Assembly: GCA_963811165.1 (NCBI GenBank)
Contig: CAWEQH010000004.1
Span: 800,001-864,000, forward strand
Reading direction: 5' to 3'
From: an uncultured Nitrospiraceae bacterium
GTDB taxonomy: Bacteria; Nitrospirota; Thermodesulfovibrionia; Thermodesulfovibrionales; UBA6898
Length of the DNA: 64,000 nt
Shown here: piece by piece, positions 20,004 to 30,149 of the stretch
Numbering within the stretch: the stretch's first letter is position 1
Layout of the letters: every line of letters begins with the position of its first letter
Position numbers and translations under genes: made by a program
Notes under the pieces: generated by a model
What the model saw: the letters and a program-made list of their open reading frames with translations, nothing else
The model's database searches: none
Told to the model about the DNA's origin: nothing

Positions 20004-21368
20004 ATGTTGCAGTTACTTTTGCCTTTTCAGATATTCTTTATACCGGGACTGATACTTCTTTTGCTCTGGTGCATGTATTGTGTCGTCGTGAAAAAGGACA
20101 GGGCGGTCGGCCTAGTATTGTATATCTCTCTGGTGATAATCGTAGATGGCTTCTTAAACACAGGTTTTTATATCCCGGGACTGGATCAGGGCAGCATAAG
20201 GTATTCCGAGATTTGTGCCTTTTTCTTATTCCTCAGCGGCACGGCAAAAGGACTGCCGGAACACAATGATCGCACGATCATATTCTTGGCGTTCCTCTAT
20301 TTTCTTCTCATGTTCTTTTCGGGCATGAGGGGCTATACCTTAATAGACGGTATTTCGGAGTTTCGGAGGATTATGGTGCCGCAAATAATATCTTTTGTCC
20401 TTGCATATAAGGGATTTAAGAGCAGGGAGGATTACAAAAGGTTTTTGTTTTTTTTGGGTACACTTCTTATCATCATCGGCCTAGTTACCTTTTGGGATGT
20501 TTTTTTCGATCGTTCTCTCCTCAAGAGCGATATGCTGTACAAACCTGAATATTGGCAGAATCGAAAAAATGGAAGATTCGGAAGCTTTTTCTTAAATCCC
20601 AATCTTATGGGTGCATTTGGCGTCCTTGTCTTCCCCGTGATGTTTATCAGGACATTTATTGAGGAGATCAGATGGAAGAGGATATACTGCGCCGTCGGAT
20701 TGCTGGCCCTTTCTTTTGCTCTGATCGAGACCCAATCAAGAGGGCCTTTATTGGGACTTGTTATGTCTCTGTTCTTTCTGTTTGCAATACCTACGAGAAC
20801 TTTGTCCATGATGAAGAAAATCGGATATTTGCTGTTGTTTTTAACTGTCTTTTATCTGTTCATGCCTGGATTCTTCGCACATGTAACAGAACGGTTTGAT
20901 GACGTGGAATCGGAAACGAACACGGAGGCGGTATCAAGGCAGACCATGTGGTCCTTCACTCAAAGGATCATCCGCGACTACCCTTTGGCTGGTATCGGAT
21001 TCGGAGAGAAGCAATATATCGAATACGCATTGCAATATGGTTTTAAAGAGGAATATTCGGGCATGCCCCTTGACAATCCGCACAATTCATATCTTGAGAT
21101 GGCGGTGTGTGCCGGCACTCCTGCACTCGTTATATTCATCCTGTTCAATGCTGTAATGGTAAAAAAGGGAATGGGTGTCATTTTGGTGCACAAAGGGAAT
21201 GAGATTTCTCTATATTTGGCGGGATTACTTGCCGGCATCCTTGGCTTTCTCGCGTCTGCTTTTGTGGACATGCATATGTTCACGGAAACGGTGGCTCCCG
21301 CTTATTGGATGACCTGCGGTCTCGCCTATTCGATGATCCGTTCGGCGGAGACGTTCGAGGAAGTATGA
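20004..21368 (+). CDS. O-antigen ligase / Wzy_C family protein
   Basis: NPN, TQSRG, GIGFG and PHNSYL motifs; multiple TMs. Confidence 0.85.
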   Translation: MLQLLLPFQIFFIPGLILLLLWCMYCVVVKKDRAVGLVLYISLVIIVDGFLNTGFYIPGLDQGSIRYSEICAFFLFLSGTAKGLPEHNDRTIIFLAFLYFLLMFFSGMRGYTLIDGISEFRRIMVPQIISFVLAYKGFKSREDYKRFLFFLGTLLIIIGLVTFWDVFFDRSLLKSDMLYKPEYWQNRKNGRFGSFFLNPNLMGAFGVLVFPVMFIRTFIEEIRWKRIYCAVGLLALSFALIETQSRGPLLGLVMSLFFLFAIPTRTLSMMKKIGYLLLFLTVFYLFMPGFFAHVTERFDDVESETNTEAVSRQTMWSFTQRIIRDYPLAGIGFGEKQYIEYALQYGFKEEYSGMPLDNPHNSYLEMAVCAGTPALVIFILFNAVMVKKGMGVILVHKGNEISLYLAGLLAGILGFLASAFVDMHMFTETVAPAYWMTCGLAYSMIRSAETFEEV

Positions 21369-22165
21369 GGGTACTAATATTGACTTCATACACGGCGGCA
21401 AATATTTATTTGGTCAACTACTTAACCGCCAAACATAATGTAGTTGCAAAGATAATTGAAAAACGACCCCTGGCCCTGACATTTGAAGAAAAGCTGAAAA
21501 GACGCAAGAAAATGCTGAACAAATATGGTTTCTATAAAACAATAAACAAGTTGCTTTATAACAAATATAGGGCCTATGTGAACAAAAAGGGGAGGGATGA
21601 AATCATAGGGCAATCATTATTTTCCGGACTTGGTAATGCGCATTATGAAAAAAATGTCCCCTCAATAGAGGTCTCTGATATAAATGAACCGAAATGCGTT
21701 GAATTTATATCATTGCACAACCCGGATATTATTGCGGTCTGCGGAACGACTGTCTTGAAGCCCCCGGTTTTTGAACTCTCCAGGAGAGGCACTATAAACA
21801 TACATACCGGCATTATTCCTGAGTACAGAAGTGCAGACCCGATATTTTGGGCGCTGTACAATAATGAGCCGGACAACGTTGGCGTTACCGTTCACTTTGT
21901 AGACAAGGGGATCGATACCGGGCCTATCATTTATCAGCAGAGGGTGGGTGTTACAAGGGATGATAAGCTTGAAACCCTTTACTGTAGATGCATAAAAAAA
22001 GGAGCTGAACTGATGTCGCAGGCGATCAGTGACATAGAAAATGGTGAAGTAAAAGCTATGAGAAAGGACGGCGTACAGGGCAAGGCATATTATCATATGG
22101 ATCTTGGCATATGGGAGTATTTAGTCTTTCAACGGAGATTTTGCAAACTGAAGAGAACTCTATGA
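21365..22165 (+). CDS. Formyltransferase (probably a sugar N-formyltransferase)
   Basis: INIHTGIIPEYRS and HFVDKGIDTG motifs; ATG 21365 overlaps the upstream TGA (ATGA). Confidence 0.85.
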   Translation: MRVLILTSYTAANIYLVNYLTAKHNVVAKIIEKRPLALTFEEKLKRRKKMLNKYGFYKTINKLLYNKYRAYVNKKGRDEIIGQSLFSGLGNAHYEKNVPSIEVSDINEPKCVEFISLHNPDIIAVCGTTVLKPPVFELSRRGTINIHTGIIPEYRSADPIFWALYNNEPDNVGVTVHFVDKGIDTGPIIYQQRVGVTRDDKLETLYCRCIKKGAELMSQAISDIENGEVKAMRKDGVQGKAYYHMDLGIWEYLVFQRRFCKLKRTL

Positions 22166-23478
22166 GCGATGATTCCCGCGAGGACTATAAAAAATATCGT
22201 TGGTCACTTCGGACAGATGATGTCATGAAGAAAATACTGGACAAGATAAAAAAGAGATACTTCCATTCTAGAAATTCATATATGCATTCCGGGGACAAGC
22301 CGAAACGATTAATAATCGAGAAGGCGAAATGGTTCAATAATGCTGACAGCCCCGTCATGTTGATGATAGACGATCTGGCAAATGCCTGGTACTGCACGAA
22401 TGGGACCAAGACGTGGGATCATGGGGGAGACTGGGGTGGAGGACTGGACAGAAGCGGCTCAGTCATCTCTTTCTTAAGGGAAAAGCTTTTAAAAGACTTC
22501 CCTGAAGTAAGAGTAACCTTTTTTGCTGTCGCAGGAAGGATCAGCCAATACACACACCATCAACCATTTACCTATGCAGAAGCGCTCGATGCAAACGAGG
22601 AAGCGAAGGCATTTTTTAAGAAAATGTGTGATGATGACAGGTTTGAGATCGCCTATCACGGCTTTGATCATGGTACTCCTGGGACGAATACGGAAGGTTT
22701 CGTACAGGAATGGAGAGGATTCGGGTCAGTGGACGATGCCTGCGAACAAATCAGCAGAGGCAAGGAAATATTCAAAGAGGTTCTTGGTGAATATCCGAAA
22801 GGAGGAAAATACGGCGGCTGGCAGTATAATGATTTGGCCGACGAATCCATCGATAGGAGTTCGTTCTCATGGTGGTGCAGGGATTGGATGCCGAGGGATA
22901 CACTCGGTCGGGTGTGTGACGGGTATTATGAGCCCCAATTCTTTGGCCACAACTTTGTCGTGGCACTTCCCTCAACGATACATGGGTTTTATTGGAGCAA
23001 ACATCAGATCGACAAACTTATCGAAAAGAAACAGATCATTTCCATAGAGGAGCATATCGCACCTCTTAGACCGGATGGCCGAATCCAGACACCCAACGTT
23101 ATTGACGACATTCACGAACTCACAGCACTTTTCAGATACTTGCGAGGCAAAAAAGTCTGGCACGCGACGGGAACAGACATTGCCAATTATTTTGTTGCCT
23201 TTACCCGCAGTGTAATTTATGACGTAACCGAGGACAGCTTTAAAATCAGGTATTCCGGCAGAGCCGAAAGACCACCATTGACTTTAAGACTTGATTGCTC
23301 TGGAATTTGTACTCCACAAAAACCCTATATTCATGTGAAACTTCCGGAAAGCGCTCACTTAACTGCACGGGACTACCGATATGATACAATGCGCTGTCGG
23401 CATTGGGTGAATATTCCCGTTCTTGACGGTGAATATACGATTGAGGCAACTTCTGCACCGTGTGATTGTTTCAACTAA
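22162..23478 (+). CDS. Polysaccharide deacetylase-like protein
   Basis: LMIDD, VTFF, EIAYHGFDH; ATGA coupling at 22162. Confidence 0.65.
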   Translation: MSDDSREDYKKYRWSLRTDDVMKKILDKIKKRYFHSRNSYMHSGDKPKRLIIEKAKWFNNADSPVMLMIDDLANAWYCTNGTKTWDHGGDWGGGLDRSGSVISFLREKLLKDFPEVRVTFFAVAGRISQYTHHQPFTYAEALDANEEAKAFFKKMCDDDRFEIAYHGFDHGTPGTNTEGFVQEWRGFGSVDDACEQISRGKEIFKEVLGEYPKGGKYGGWQYNDLADESIDRSSFSWWCRDWMPRDTLGRVCDGYYEPQFFGHNFVVALPSTIHGFYWSKHQIDKLIEKKQIISIEEHIAPLRPDGRIQTPNVIDDIHELTALFRYLRGKKVWHATGTDIANYFVAFTRSVIYDVTEDSFKIRYSGRAERPPLTLRLDCSGICTPQKPYIHVKLPESAHLTARDYRYDTMRCRHWVNIPVLDGEYTIEATSAPCDCFN

Positions 23479-23520
23479 ACGGGAAACTTCTGAAGGGATA
23501 CTCACGAGTAGCGAGAAAAG

Positions 23521-24615
23521 TTGTCAAGGAGCAAGCTGTTCGCAGTGAGAAAAGTATTGAACCCGAAAAAAAACGATATTTTATTAGTAGGCTCATATCC
23601 GCCTCCCTTTGGAGGTCAGTCCGTTCATATTCAGAGTCTGCATTCCCATCTGAAGGACAATGACTTCAGCGTAACAATCTTGAATACGGGTGTTAACAAA
23701 TTAATAGGAACAAGAGAAATCATCAGCATCAAGAGTTCGGGAGATTTGCTAATTTCGCTTCTCTTCAAGTATAACACTCGGCTCCTTCACTTACATGTAG
23801 CGAACTTCGAAGATTTAGGCAAATTGATTCCGGTGTTCGCCGCTGCCATCTTTAAGAAATTCATATGGGTTTTGACTATCCATTCCGGGAATATCGACTT
23901 GACATTGAATAACGGGACATCGGTGCGGAAATTCTTGATTAAGTCAATGTTGTCGCGGGTCGATAAAGTAATTTGTGTCAATGACACAATCAGGGATATT
24001 CTTTCAAAATGGATACATTGTGAAAAGCTCGTGGTTATCCCGGCATTCTATTTTAATTTTGTAGAAAAAAAAACGTCAGAAGAAATAGAAACCTTCTTAA
24101 ATACTCATGATCCGGTTATCAGCTGCGTGGGGTTTTATGAGCCAGTATATGGATTTGATTTGGCATTACTTTCCATTAAAGAACTTATGAAAAATTATAA
24201 GAAGATCGGGTTAATTATTATGGGTGATAAAAAAGGGGAGTCGCTGCGATACGAGACTATGATTCATGAGCACCGGCTGAGTAATCATGTATTTCTGGCC
24301 GGCAACATGGATCATGATGAGTGTTTGTCAGTAATCAAGAGATCCGCATTATTTTTACGGCCCACATTGTTCGACGGTGATTCAATTTCTGTAAGAGAAG
24401 CCTTAGCAATGAACGTTCCGGTTGTAGCTAGCAATACTGAATTTCGGCCTGTAGGTGTGGATGTTTTTAACGGCAGAAATCTCGAAGATATGGTAAAGAA
24501 AATGGTCCTTCGTTTGGGAAGCAATGTTTGTAGATCGGGGTGCACAAATAGCGATCTGAGTAACGTGGAGAAAATCCGGAGAGCGTACACGACTCTTATG
24601 GAGCCTGGACGGTAA
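23521..24615 (+). CDS. Glycosyltransferase family 4
   Basis: YPPPFGG...DGDSISVREALA. Confidence 0.88.
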   Translation: MSRSKLFAVRKVLNPKKNDILLVGSYPPPFGGQSVHIQSLHSHLKDNDFSVTILNTGVNKLIGTREIISIKSSGDLLISLLFKYNTRLLHLHVANFEDLGKLIPVFAAAIFKKFIWVLTIHSGNIDLTLNNGTSVRKFLIKSMLSRVDKVICVNDTIRDILSKWIHCEKLVVIPAFYFNFVEKKTSEEIETFLNTHDPVISCVGFYEPVYGFDLALLSIKELMKNYKKIGLIIMGDKKGESLRYETMIHEHRLSNHVFLAGNMDHDECLSVIKRSALFLRPTLFDGDSISVREALAMNVPVVASNTEFRPVGVDVFNGRNLEDMVKKMVLRLGSNVCRSGCTNSDLSNVEKIRRAYTTLMEPGR

Positions 24616-24650
24616 AGTCATGTCTTTGGTAAGAAGGTAAGTCAGGCACA

Positions 24651-25556
24651 ATGTATTTGGTTAGCGTAATAATTCCCGCATACAATAGCGAACGGTATGT
24701 CGTGGAGGCGGTTCAGTCGGTGTTCACTCAGACGTGCAAGGATTATGAAGTCATTATTATAGATGACGGGTCAAGTGACCAGACCGTCGAACGTATTAGA
24801 CCTTACGCCATGTTGAGTAACTTTAGCATTATAGAACAAGCTAACTCCGGTCCTTCGAAGGCGCGCAATCGTGGAATTAAAGCTGCTCGCGGCAAATACT
24901 GTGCTTTTTTAGATTCCGACGACATTATGATGCCTGAGAGACTTGCATTGCAGGTCACAAAAATGGAGGAAAAGCCAGAGGTGGGAATGGTCTACTGTGA
25001 CTTGATGACGTTCAACGATAGAGGCATGGTTCATTCGACAAAAAAAATCTTCATAAAACCCTATTCCGGGGCGGTTCTAGAAAAATTAGTTCTGGATAAC
25101 TTTATTACGACGTCGACCGTTATGGCAAGAAAAGAATGTTTTGAGAAAGTCGGTTTTTTTGATGAAACGATACGGCATTCTGAGGATTATAAAATGTGGC
25201 TTAATATTGCAAAGGAATATGAAATCGAATACCTTGATATTCCGCTAGTGAAGTATAGGTATCAGTCAGATGGTCTTTCAAGTAATAAGGTGGCAATGAC
25301 CACTTCATCTTTTAATATTATCAATGATTTCTGGGAGGGGAATCGAGAATATAAAAGAAAACATAATATCTTATACAGAATGTCAATTGCCCACCAATTA
25401 ACGAATATGGGTAATGCTTACTACTACTTCGAAAAATATAGTCGGTCAGCGAAGTTCCTAATTGAATCTTTGATCACTTACCCTTTTTTTAAAGAAACGT
25501 ACAAGACAATCATGAGACTGATGTTAAAGAGCTTTCGAAAGAAACTCTTGGAGTAA
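24651..25556 (+). CDS. Glycosyltransferase family 2
   Basis: VSVIIPAYN, DDGSSD, FLDSDD, EDY. Confidence 0.92.
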   Translation: MYLVSVIIPAYNSERYVVEAVQSVFTQTCKDYEVIIIDDGSSDQTVERIRPYAMLSNFSIIEQANSGPSKARNRGIKAARGKYCAFLDSDDIMMPERLALQVTKMEEKPEVGMVYCDLMTFNDRGMVHSTKKIFIKPYSGAVLEKLVLDNFITTSTVMARKECFEKVGFFDETIRHSEDYKMWLNIAKEYEIEYLDIPLVKYRYQSDGLSSNKVAMTTSSFNIINDFWEGNREYKRKHNILYRMSIAHQLTNMGNAYYYFEKYSRSAKFLIESLITYPFFKETYKTIMRLMLKSFRKKLLE

Positions 25557-25622
25557 AGTCGCGTCAACTAATCAGCCGAAATTGCGGAACGTTCTAATCC
25601 AAAACATAATGGAGGTTAACAA

Positions 25623-26663
25623 ATGGAGCATTTAAAAGTTTTTGAAGGGAAGACTGTCCTCGTAACCGGAGGAGCTGGTGCTATCGGAAGCAACTTGACC
25701 GCTGCTCTTTCCGATGCTAAGGCCGCTAAGATCATCGTCTTGGATGACCTTTCGTCAGCAGAAAGGTGGAACATACCTTCACGGTCGAATGTGCTCTTCG
25801 TGGAGGGAAGCATATTAAATGAGGTCTTGCTGAAAAGAGTTTTCATGGAACGGCCGGAATATGTATTTCACCTTGCCGCCTTTTTTGCAAATCAAAATTC
25901 CGTTGACCATCCTGAACTGGACCTTATGACCAATGGACTTGGCACGCTGAAAATTCTGCAATACGCCGTTATGAATGGCGTGAAGAGAGTGGTTTATGCT
26001 TCTTCAGGTTGCGCTATTTACGGCAGCGATGCACCTCTCCCCTTGACGGAAGAATTTACATCTATGAACCTAAGTTCGCCGTATCAGATTACCAAGATGC
26101 TCGGCGAGCTCTACGGCAACTTTTTTAGAAATCATTATAATCTTCCGGTTGTAAAAGCGAGATTCTTTAATTCCTACGGACCCGGCGAGGTGCCCGGTCA
26201 GTATAGAAACGTTATCCCCAATTTCATTTACTGGGCACTTCAAGGAAGAGCTCTGCCCATAACCGGAACCGGTGAGGAGACAAGAGACTTTACGTTTGTC
26301 GGTGATCTCCTGGATGGAATCCTGCGGGGGGCATATTACAATGAGGCAATCGGTGAGGAATTTAACCTTGCGTCGGGTCGCGAAACGAGAATTATCGATC
26401 TCGCAAATATGATCAATAGCTTAACTGGCAATACCGCAGGGATTAGTTTTACGCAGCGAAGAAAGTGGGATACCAAAAGCAGATTGTTGGCTTCGACAAG
26501 CAAAGCTTTCAGACTGATGGGATACGAACCCAAGATGGATTTTGAGCAGGGGTTAAGAAGGACTATCGACTGGTTTAAACAGAACTGGTCAGACATTGAG
26601 AAGGCGGCTCGATTCGCTCCCGGCATGTCTGCAGCCGTCACGGGATATTCTGCAAAGTCGTGA
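25623..26663 (+). CDS. NAD-dependent nucleotide-sugar epimerase/dehydratase (SDR)
   Basis: TGGAGAIG, YQITK (YxxxK), RFFNSYGP; GGAGG RBS. Confidence 0.92.
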   Translation: MEHLKVFEGKTVLVTGGAGAIGSNLTAALSDAKAAKIIVLDDLSSAERWNIPSRSNVLFVEGSILNEVLLKRVFMERPEYVFHLAAFFANQNSVDHPELDLMTNGLGTLKILQYAVMNGVKRVVYASSGCAIYGSDAPLPLTEEFTSMNLSSPYQITKMLGELYGNFFRNHYNLPVVKARFFNSYGPGEVPGQYRNVIPNFIYWALQGRALPITGTGEETRDFTFVGDLLDGILRGAYYNEAIGEEFNLASGRETRIIDLANMINSLTGNTAGISFTQRRKWDTKSRLLASTSKAFRLMGYEPKMDFEQGLRRTIDWFKQNWSDIEKAARFAPGMSAAVTGYSAKS

Positions 26664-26811
26664 GAGAAGTGGTATCAAAAAAGAATGCTGACAGTGCAGG
26701 AGATACAAAAGAGTTATCGGTTGAAAGGAGGGGACCCGGCGGGAAGGTTGGCCGCGAGCTCTGCCAAATAAAGCTCTTGCGTTTGGCTATAATCAACTGC
26801 CGGCGGTTACC

Positions 26812-27918
26812 ATGAAGAAGGTACTCATCATTTTTGGGACACGGCCAGAAGCTATAAAGATGGCTCCTGTCATAAAGGAATTAGAAAGGGTTAACAATTG
26901 TTTTAGGGTTCTTACCTGCGTGACCGCTCAGCATCGCAAAATGCTCGACCAGGTACTATCACTATTCAATATTCATCCTGATTTTGACTTGAATCTAATG
27001 GAGCGCAACCAGACTCTCGGAAATTTAACAGCGAAAGCTGTCACAAGCATCGTAGATGTGTTGAGCAGGATTACCCCTGACATTGTCTTGGTTCAAGGAG
27101 ATACAACAACCGCAATGGCTGCCGGCTTGGCAAGCTTTTATCAAAAAATTCCGGTTGGACATGTCGAAGCCGGTTTGAGGACCTCTGACCGGTACAATCC
27201 ATTCCCTGAAGAGATTAATCGTAGGATTTTAGGCACGTTAAGCAGTTATCACTTTTGTCCCACGCAGAGGACCGTCGACGCCTTGGTGAGAGAAGGCTTT
27301 ATCAAAGAAAATATCTACTTGACCGGGAATACAGTTATAGATGCCCTTTTCATGACACTCTCTAAAAACGGGAAAGTATCCTCAAACATATCCCTCAATG
27401 GCAAGAAAGTTATTCTTGTTACTGCACATCGGAGGGAGAACTTCGGTAAACCAATAGAAAACATTTGCGCTGCTTTAAAGGTGATCGCGGGTCTGCACGA
27501 CGATGTTCAGATCTTTTATCCCGTTCATCCAAATCCCAATATCTATGATCCTGTCTATCGAATATTGTCCGATGTAAAGGGTATCCACTTGCTCGATCCG
27601 CTTGAATATGAACAATGCGTACATCTTATGAAGGAAGCATATATTATTCTCACCGATTCCGGGGGGATACAGGAAGAAGCTCCCTCACTGGGCATCCCTG
27701 TCTTAGTGATGCGTGAAACTACCGAGCGTCCCGAGGCCATTGAAGCGGGTGTAGGAAGATTGGTTGGTACTCAAACTTTAAATATCGTATCCCAGGTAGA
27801 AAGACTCCTAAGTTCTAAAAGCGAGTATCGGGAAATGGCGCGGTCAATTAATCCATATGGTGATGGAAGAGCGGCAGAGAGGATTGTGAAGATTTTGAAG
27901 GAGCGTCTGGACGCCTGA
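26812..27918 (+). CDS. wecB: UDP-N-acetylglucosamine 2-epimerase (non-hydrolysing)
   Basis: FGTRPEAIK, QGDTTT, HVEAGLR, HRREN, DSGGIQEEA, NPYGDG. Confidence 0.96.
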   Translation: MKKVLIIFGTRPEAIKMAPVIKELERVNNCFRVLTCVTAQHRKMLDQVLSLFNIHPDFDLNLMERNQTLGNLTAKAVTSIVDVLSRITPDIVLVQGDTTTAMAAGLASFYQKIPVGHVEAGLRTSDRYNPFPEEINRRILGTLSSYHFCPTQRTVDALVREGFIKENIYLTGNTVIDALFMTLSKNGKVSSNISLNGKKVILVTAHRRENFGKPIENICAALKVIAGLHDDVQIFYPVHPNPNIYDPVYRILSDVKGIHLLDPLEYEQCVHLMKEAYIILTDSGGIQEEAPSLGIPVLVMRETTERPEAIEAGVGRLVGTQTLNIVSQVERLLSSKSEYREMARSINPYGDGRAAERIVKILKERLDA

Positions 27919-28052
27919 CAATAGTGAAGGAAATGATTTGTCGCGAAAGTGGGATTAATATAATCAAGTAAGGCCCGCATGACAACTGGCCGAACTCTCA
28001 ACGCCGAATCACACAAATATAGTATGTATAGCTTAGTGGGGGAAAAGATATT

Positions 28053-29291
28053 ATGAAGATACTTTTTGTTATGGAAGATTCTATACCCAGAGACATGGGA
28101 TGTCCTGTTCGCAACAAATATCTTATGGAGAATCTTAAAGAAATGGGGCTGGACGTGCTTGGGCTAACATCTCCCTTCATGGAATTACTTCCCGGAGAAC
28201 TCGGTAAAGGGTGGGAGATAATCAATGACATACGCTATCATAGAAGTCAATATTTGAATTCCATCAAGAATGTCTCAAATCCCATTTTGCGGTGGGCAAA
28301 ACGCGTTCCGATGTTCACAAAATACTGTAAACTGCTTGAAGCGATATGCCTGCAGGAAAAACCAGATATTATCCATTCAATTACTTCTTATTTCAACGGT
28401 AATGCGGCCAACAGGATTGGAATGAAACTGAATATCCCTCGACTGTACGAAGTAAGGTCTGTTGCCGGGTCTGCTGCCGCTGTGATCGACGGTAAGTCAT
28501 ACAACTCCTTCAAATATCAAACTGTTTGGAGACTTGACAAAAAAGCTATGTTGTCGGCGACGCGGGTGGCCCCGTTGTCTGAGGCTTTAAAAAAGGAACT
28601 TGTCGGGCGCGGAATCCCCGAGGATAAGATGGATGTGGTTCATAACGCTATAGATGTCGATAAGTTCACTCCACAAGAACGGTCGGCAGTACTTGTCCAA
28701 AGATATAATTTGCACAATAAAACGGTCATAGGATTTATAGGGTCCACGCGCAAGATCGAAGGACTTTCTCTTTTAATAAAAGCGGCGCCGCAAATTACGA
28801 GGCGGTGCACGGATGTCGTATTTCTAATTATCGGCGATGGCGACGATCTGGAAAACTTGAAGAAATTGTCTCATCAGCTTGGCGTTGCAAGTTCATTTAT
28901 TTTTGCGGGCAGAATACCACACGATAAAATACATCAATATTATTCCGTAATAGATATTTTTACTATTCCCAGAATTGATGCATTAGTGAATCAGACAGTG
29001 ACGCCGCTGAAACCTCTCGAAGCGATGGCGACCGAGAAAGTTGTCCTGGCAAGCGACGTAGGCGGACTTGCAGAGGCGATACAACCGGGAAAGACAGGTA
29101 TCCTGTTTAAGGCAGACGATGTATCGGATCTGGCCGCGAAAGTTATCGATCTGGCACAGGACAAACAGAAGCGGCTCGTTATCGGGAAAGCTGCCAGAGA
29201 ATGGATTATCAAGAATAGACAATGGAAAGATATGATGAAACTCTATATGCACATTTATGAGAAAACATTTGATCAAGCAAGAAATGGTTAG
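28053..29291 (+). CDS. Glycosyltransferase family 4
   Basis: YEVR, FIGS, VTPLKPLEAMA, SDVGG. Confidence 0.9.
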   Translation: MKILFVMEDSIPRDMGCPVRNKYLMENLKEMGLDVLGLTSPFMELLPGELGKGWEIINDIRYHRSQYLNSIKNVSNPILRWAKRVPMFTKYCKLLEAICLQEKPDIIHSITSYFNGNAANRIGMKLNIPRLYEVRSVAGSAAAVIDGKSYNSFKYQTVWRLDKKAMLSATRVAPLSEALKKELVGRGIPEDKMDVVHNAIDVDKFTPQERSAVLVQRYNLHNKTVIGFIGSTRKIEGLSLLIKAAPQITRRCTDVVFLIIGDGDDLENLKKLSHQLGVASSFIFAGRIPHDKIHQYYSVIDIFTIPRIDALVNQTVTPLKPLEAMATEKVVLASDVGGLAEAIQPGKTGILFKADDVSDLAAKVIDLAQDKQKRLVIGKAAREWIIKNRQWKDMMKLYMHIYEKTFDQARNG

Positions 29292-29327
29292 CTTTCCTCA
29301 TAATGATTCATTGACATAAGAGAATTA

Positions 29328-30101
29328 ATGGGGCAAGCAATGAACATGAAAGCGATACTTGTTATAAATGCGGATGATTTTGGAAAGGATGACTTAGTGG
29401 ACCAAACTATACTTTCCAATCTATGTTCGGGTAGGGTAACGTCAGCATCGATAATGCCAAATGGCGAATCGTTTCAAAAGGCTTGTGAAATGGTTCAGAC
29501 AAAAAATATAGCAAACAGAATTGGAGTTCATCTTACCCTTGACGAAGGAGTCCCCTTGTCAGAGAAAATGAAAGGATTCACTAATATTCGGGGGGAGATG
29601 TGTCTCAAAAGGAAGCTATTCATTAATAACCGCGACTTGTTGGCGGCAGTCTATTGTGAACTGCGCGCCCAGATAGAGCATGTCATTAAGCACGGTATAA
29701 TCCCGTCTCATCTGGATTCTCACCGACATTTCCACGTAGTATTTCCCATTTCAAGAATTGTGATTGCACTCGCAAAAGAATTTGGAATCCCCTATGTGAG
29801 GATTGCGCGTAATGTAGCATGCAACTACGATATTCCGGCACGCCTATATAAGTTACTATTCAATATTTATCTTGCGAGCCGGATCAGGACGACAGACCAC
29901 TTCACTGACCTTTTTGACTTTTATGAAGGGTTTAAGGATAGATGTGTTATTAGAGGAACAATTGAGTGTATGTGCCATCTTGATGCATCTGAAAGAGGAG
30001 TAAGAGATCAAGCATTATTGCGGAGTTTGCCTTTTGAACAGTTTATATCTAACTACGAACTCATTAGTTATGCTATGTTGAGTAAGTATGAGACATTGTA
30101 A
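29328..30101 (+). CDS. YdjC/ChbG/HpnK family carbohydrate deacetylase
   Basis: INADDFG, GVHLTLDEG, SHLDSHRHFH. Confidence 0.88.
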   Translation: MGQAMNMKAILVINADDFGKDDLVDQTILSNLCSGRVTSASIMPNGESFQKACEMVQTKNIANRIGVHLTLDEGVPLSEKMKGFTNIRGEMCLKRKLFINNRDLLAAVYCELRAQIEHVIKHGIIPSHLDSHRHFHVVFPISRIVIALAKEFGIPYVRIARNVACNYDIPARLYKLLFNIYLASRIRTTDHFTDLFDFYEGFKDRCVIRGTIECMCHLDASERGVRDQALLRSLPFEQFISNYELISYAMLSKYETL

Positions 30102-30149
30102 TAAAGCACCTCTGCTAAGTGGCGATGTTTTAGTGTAAATGAGAAACAT

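Noticed and set aside
26736..26805. Imperfect long hairpin upstream of wecB
   Set aside because: The pairing is interrupted and matches no RNA family I recognise.
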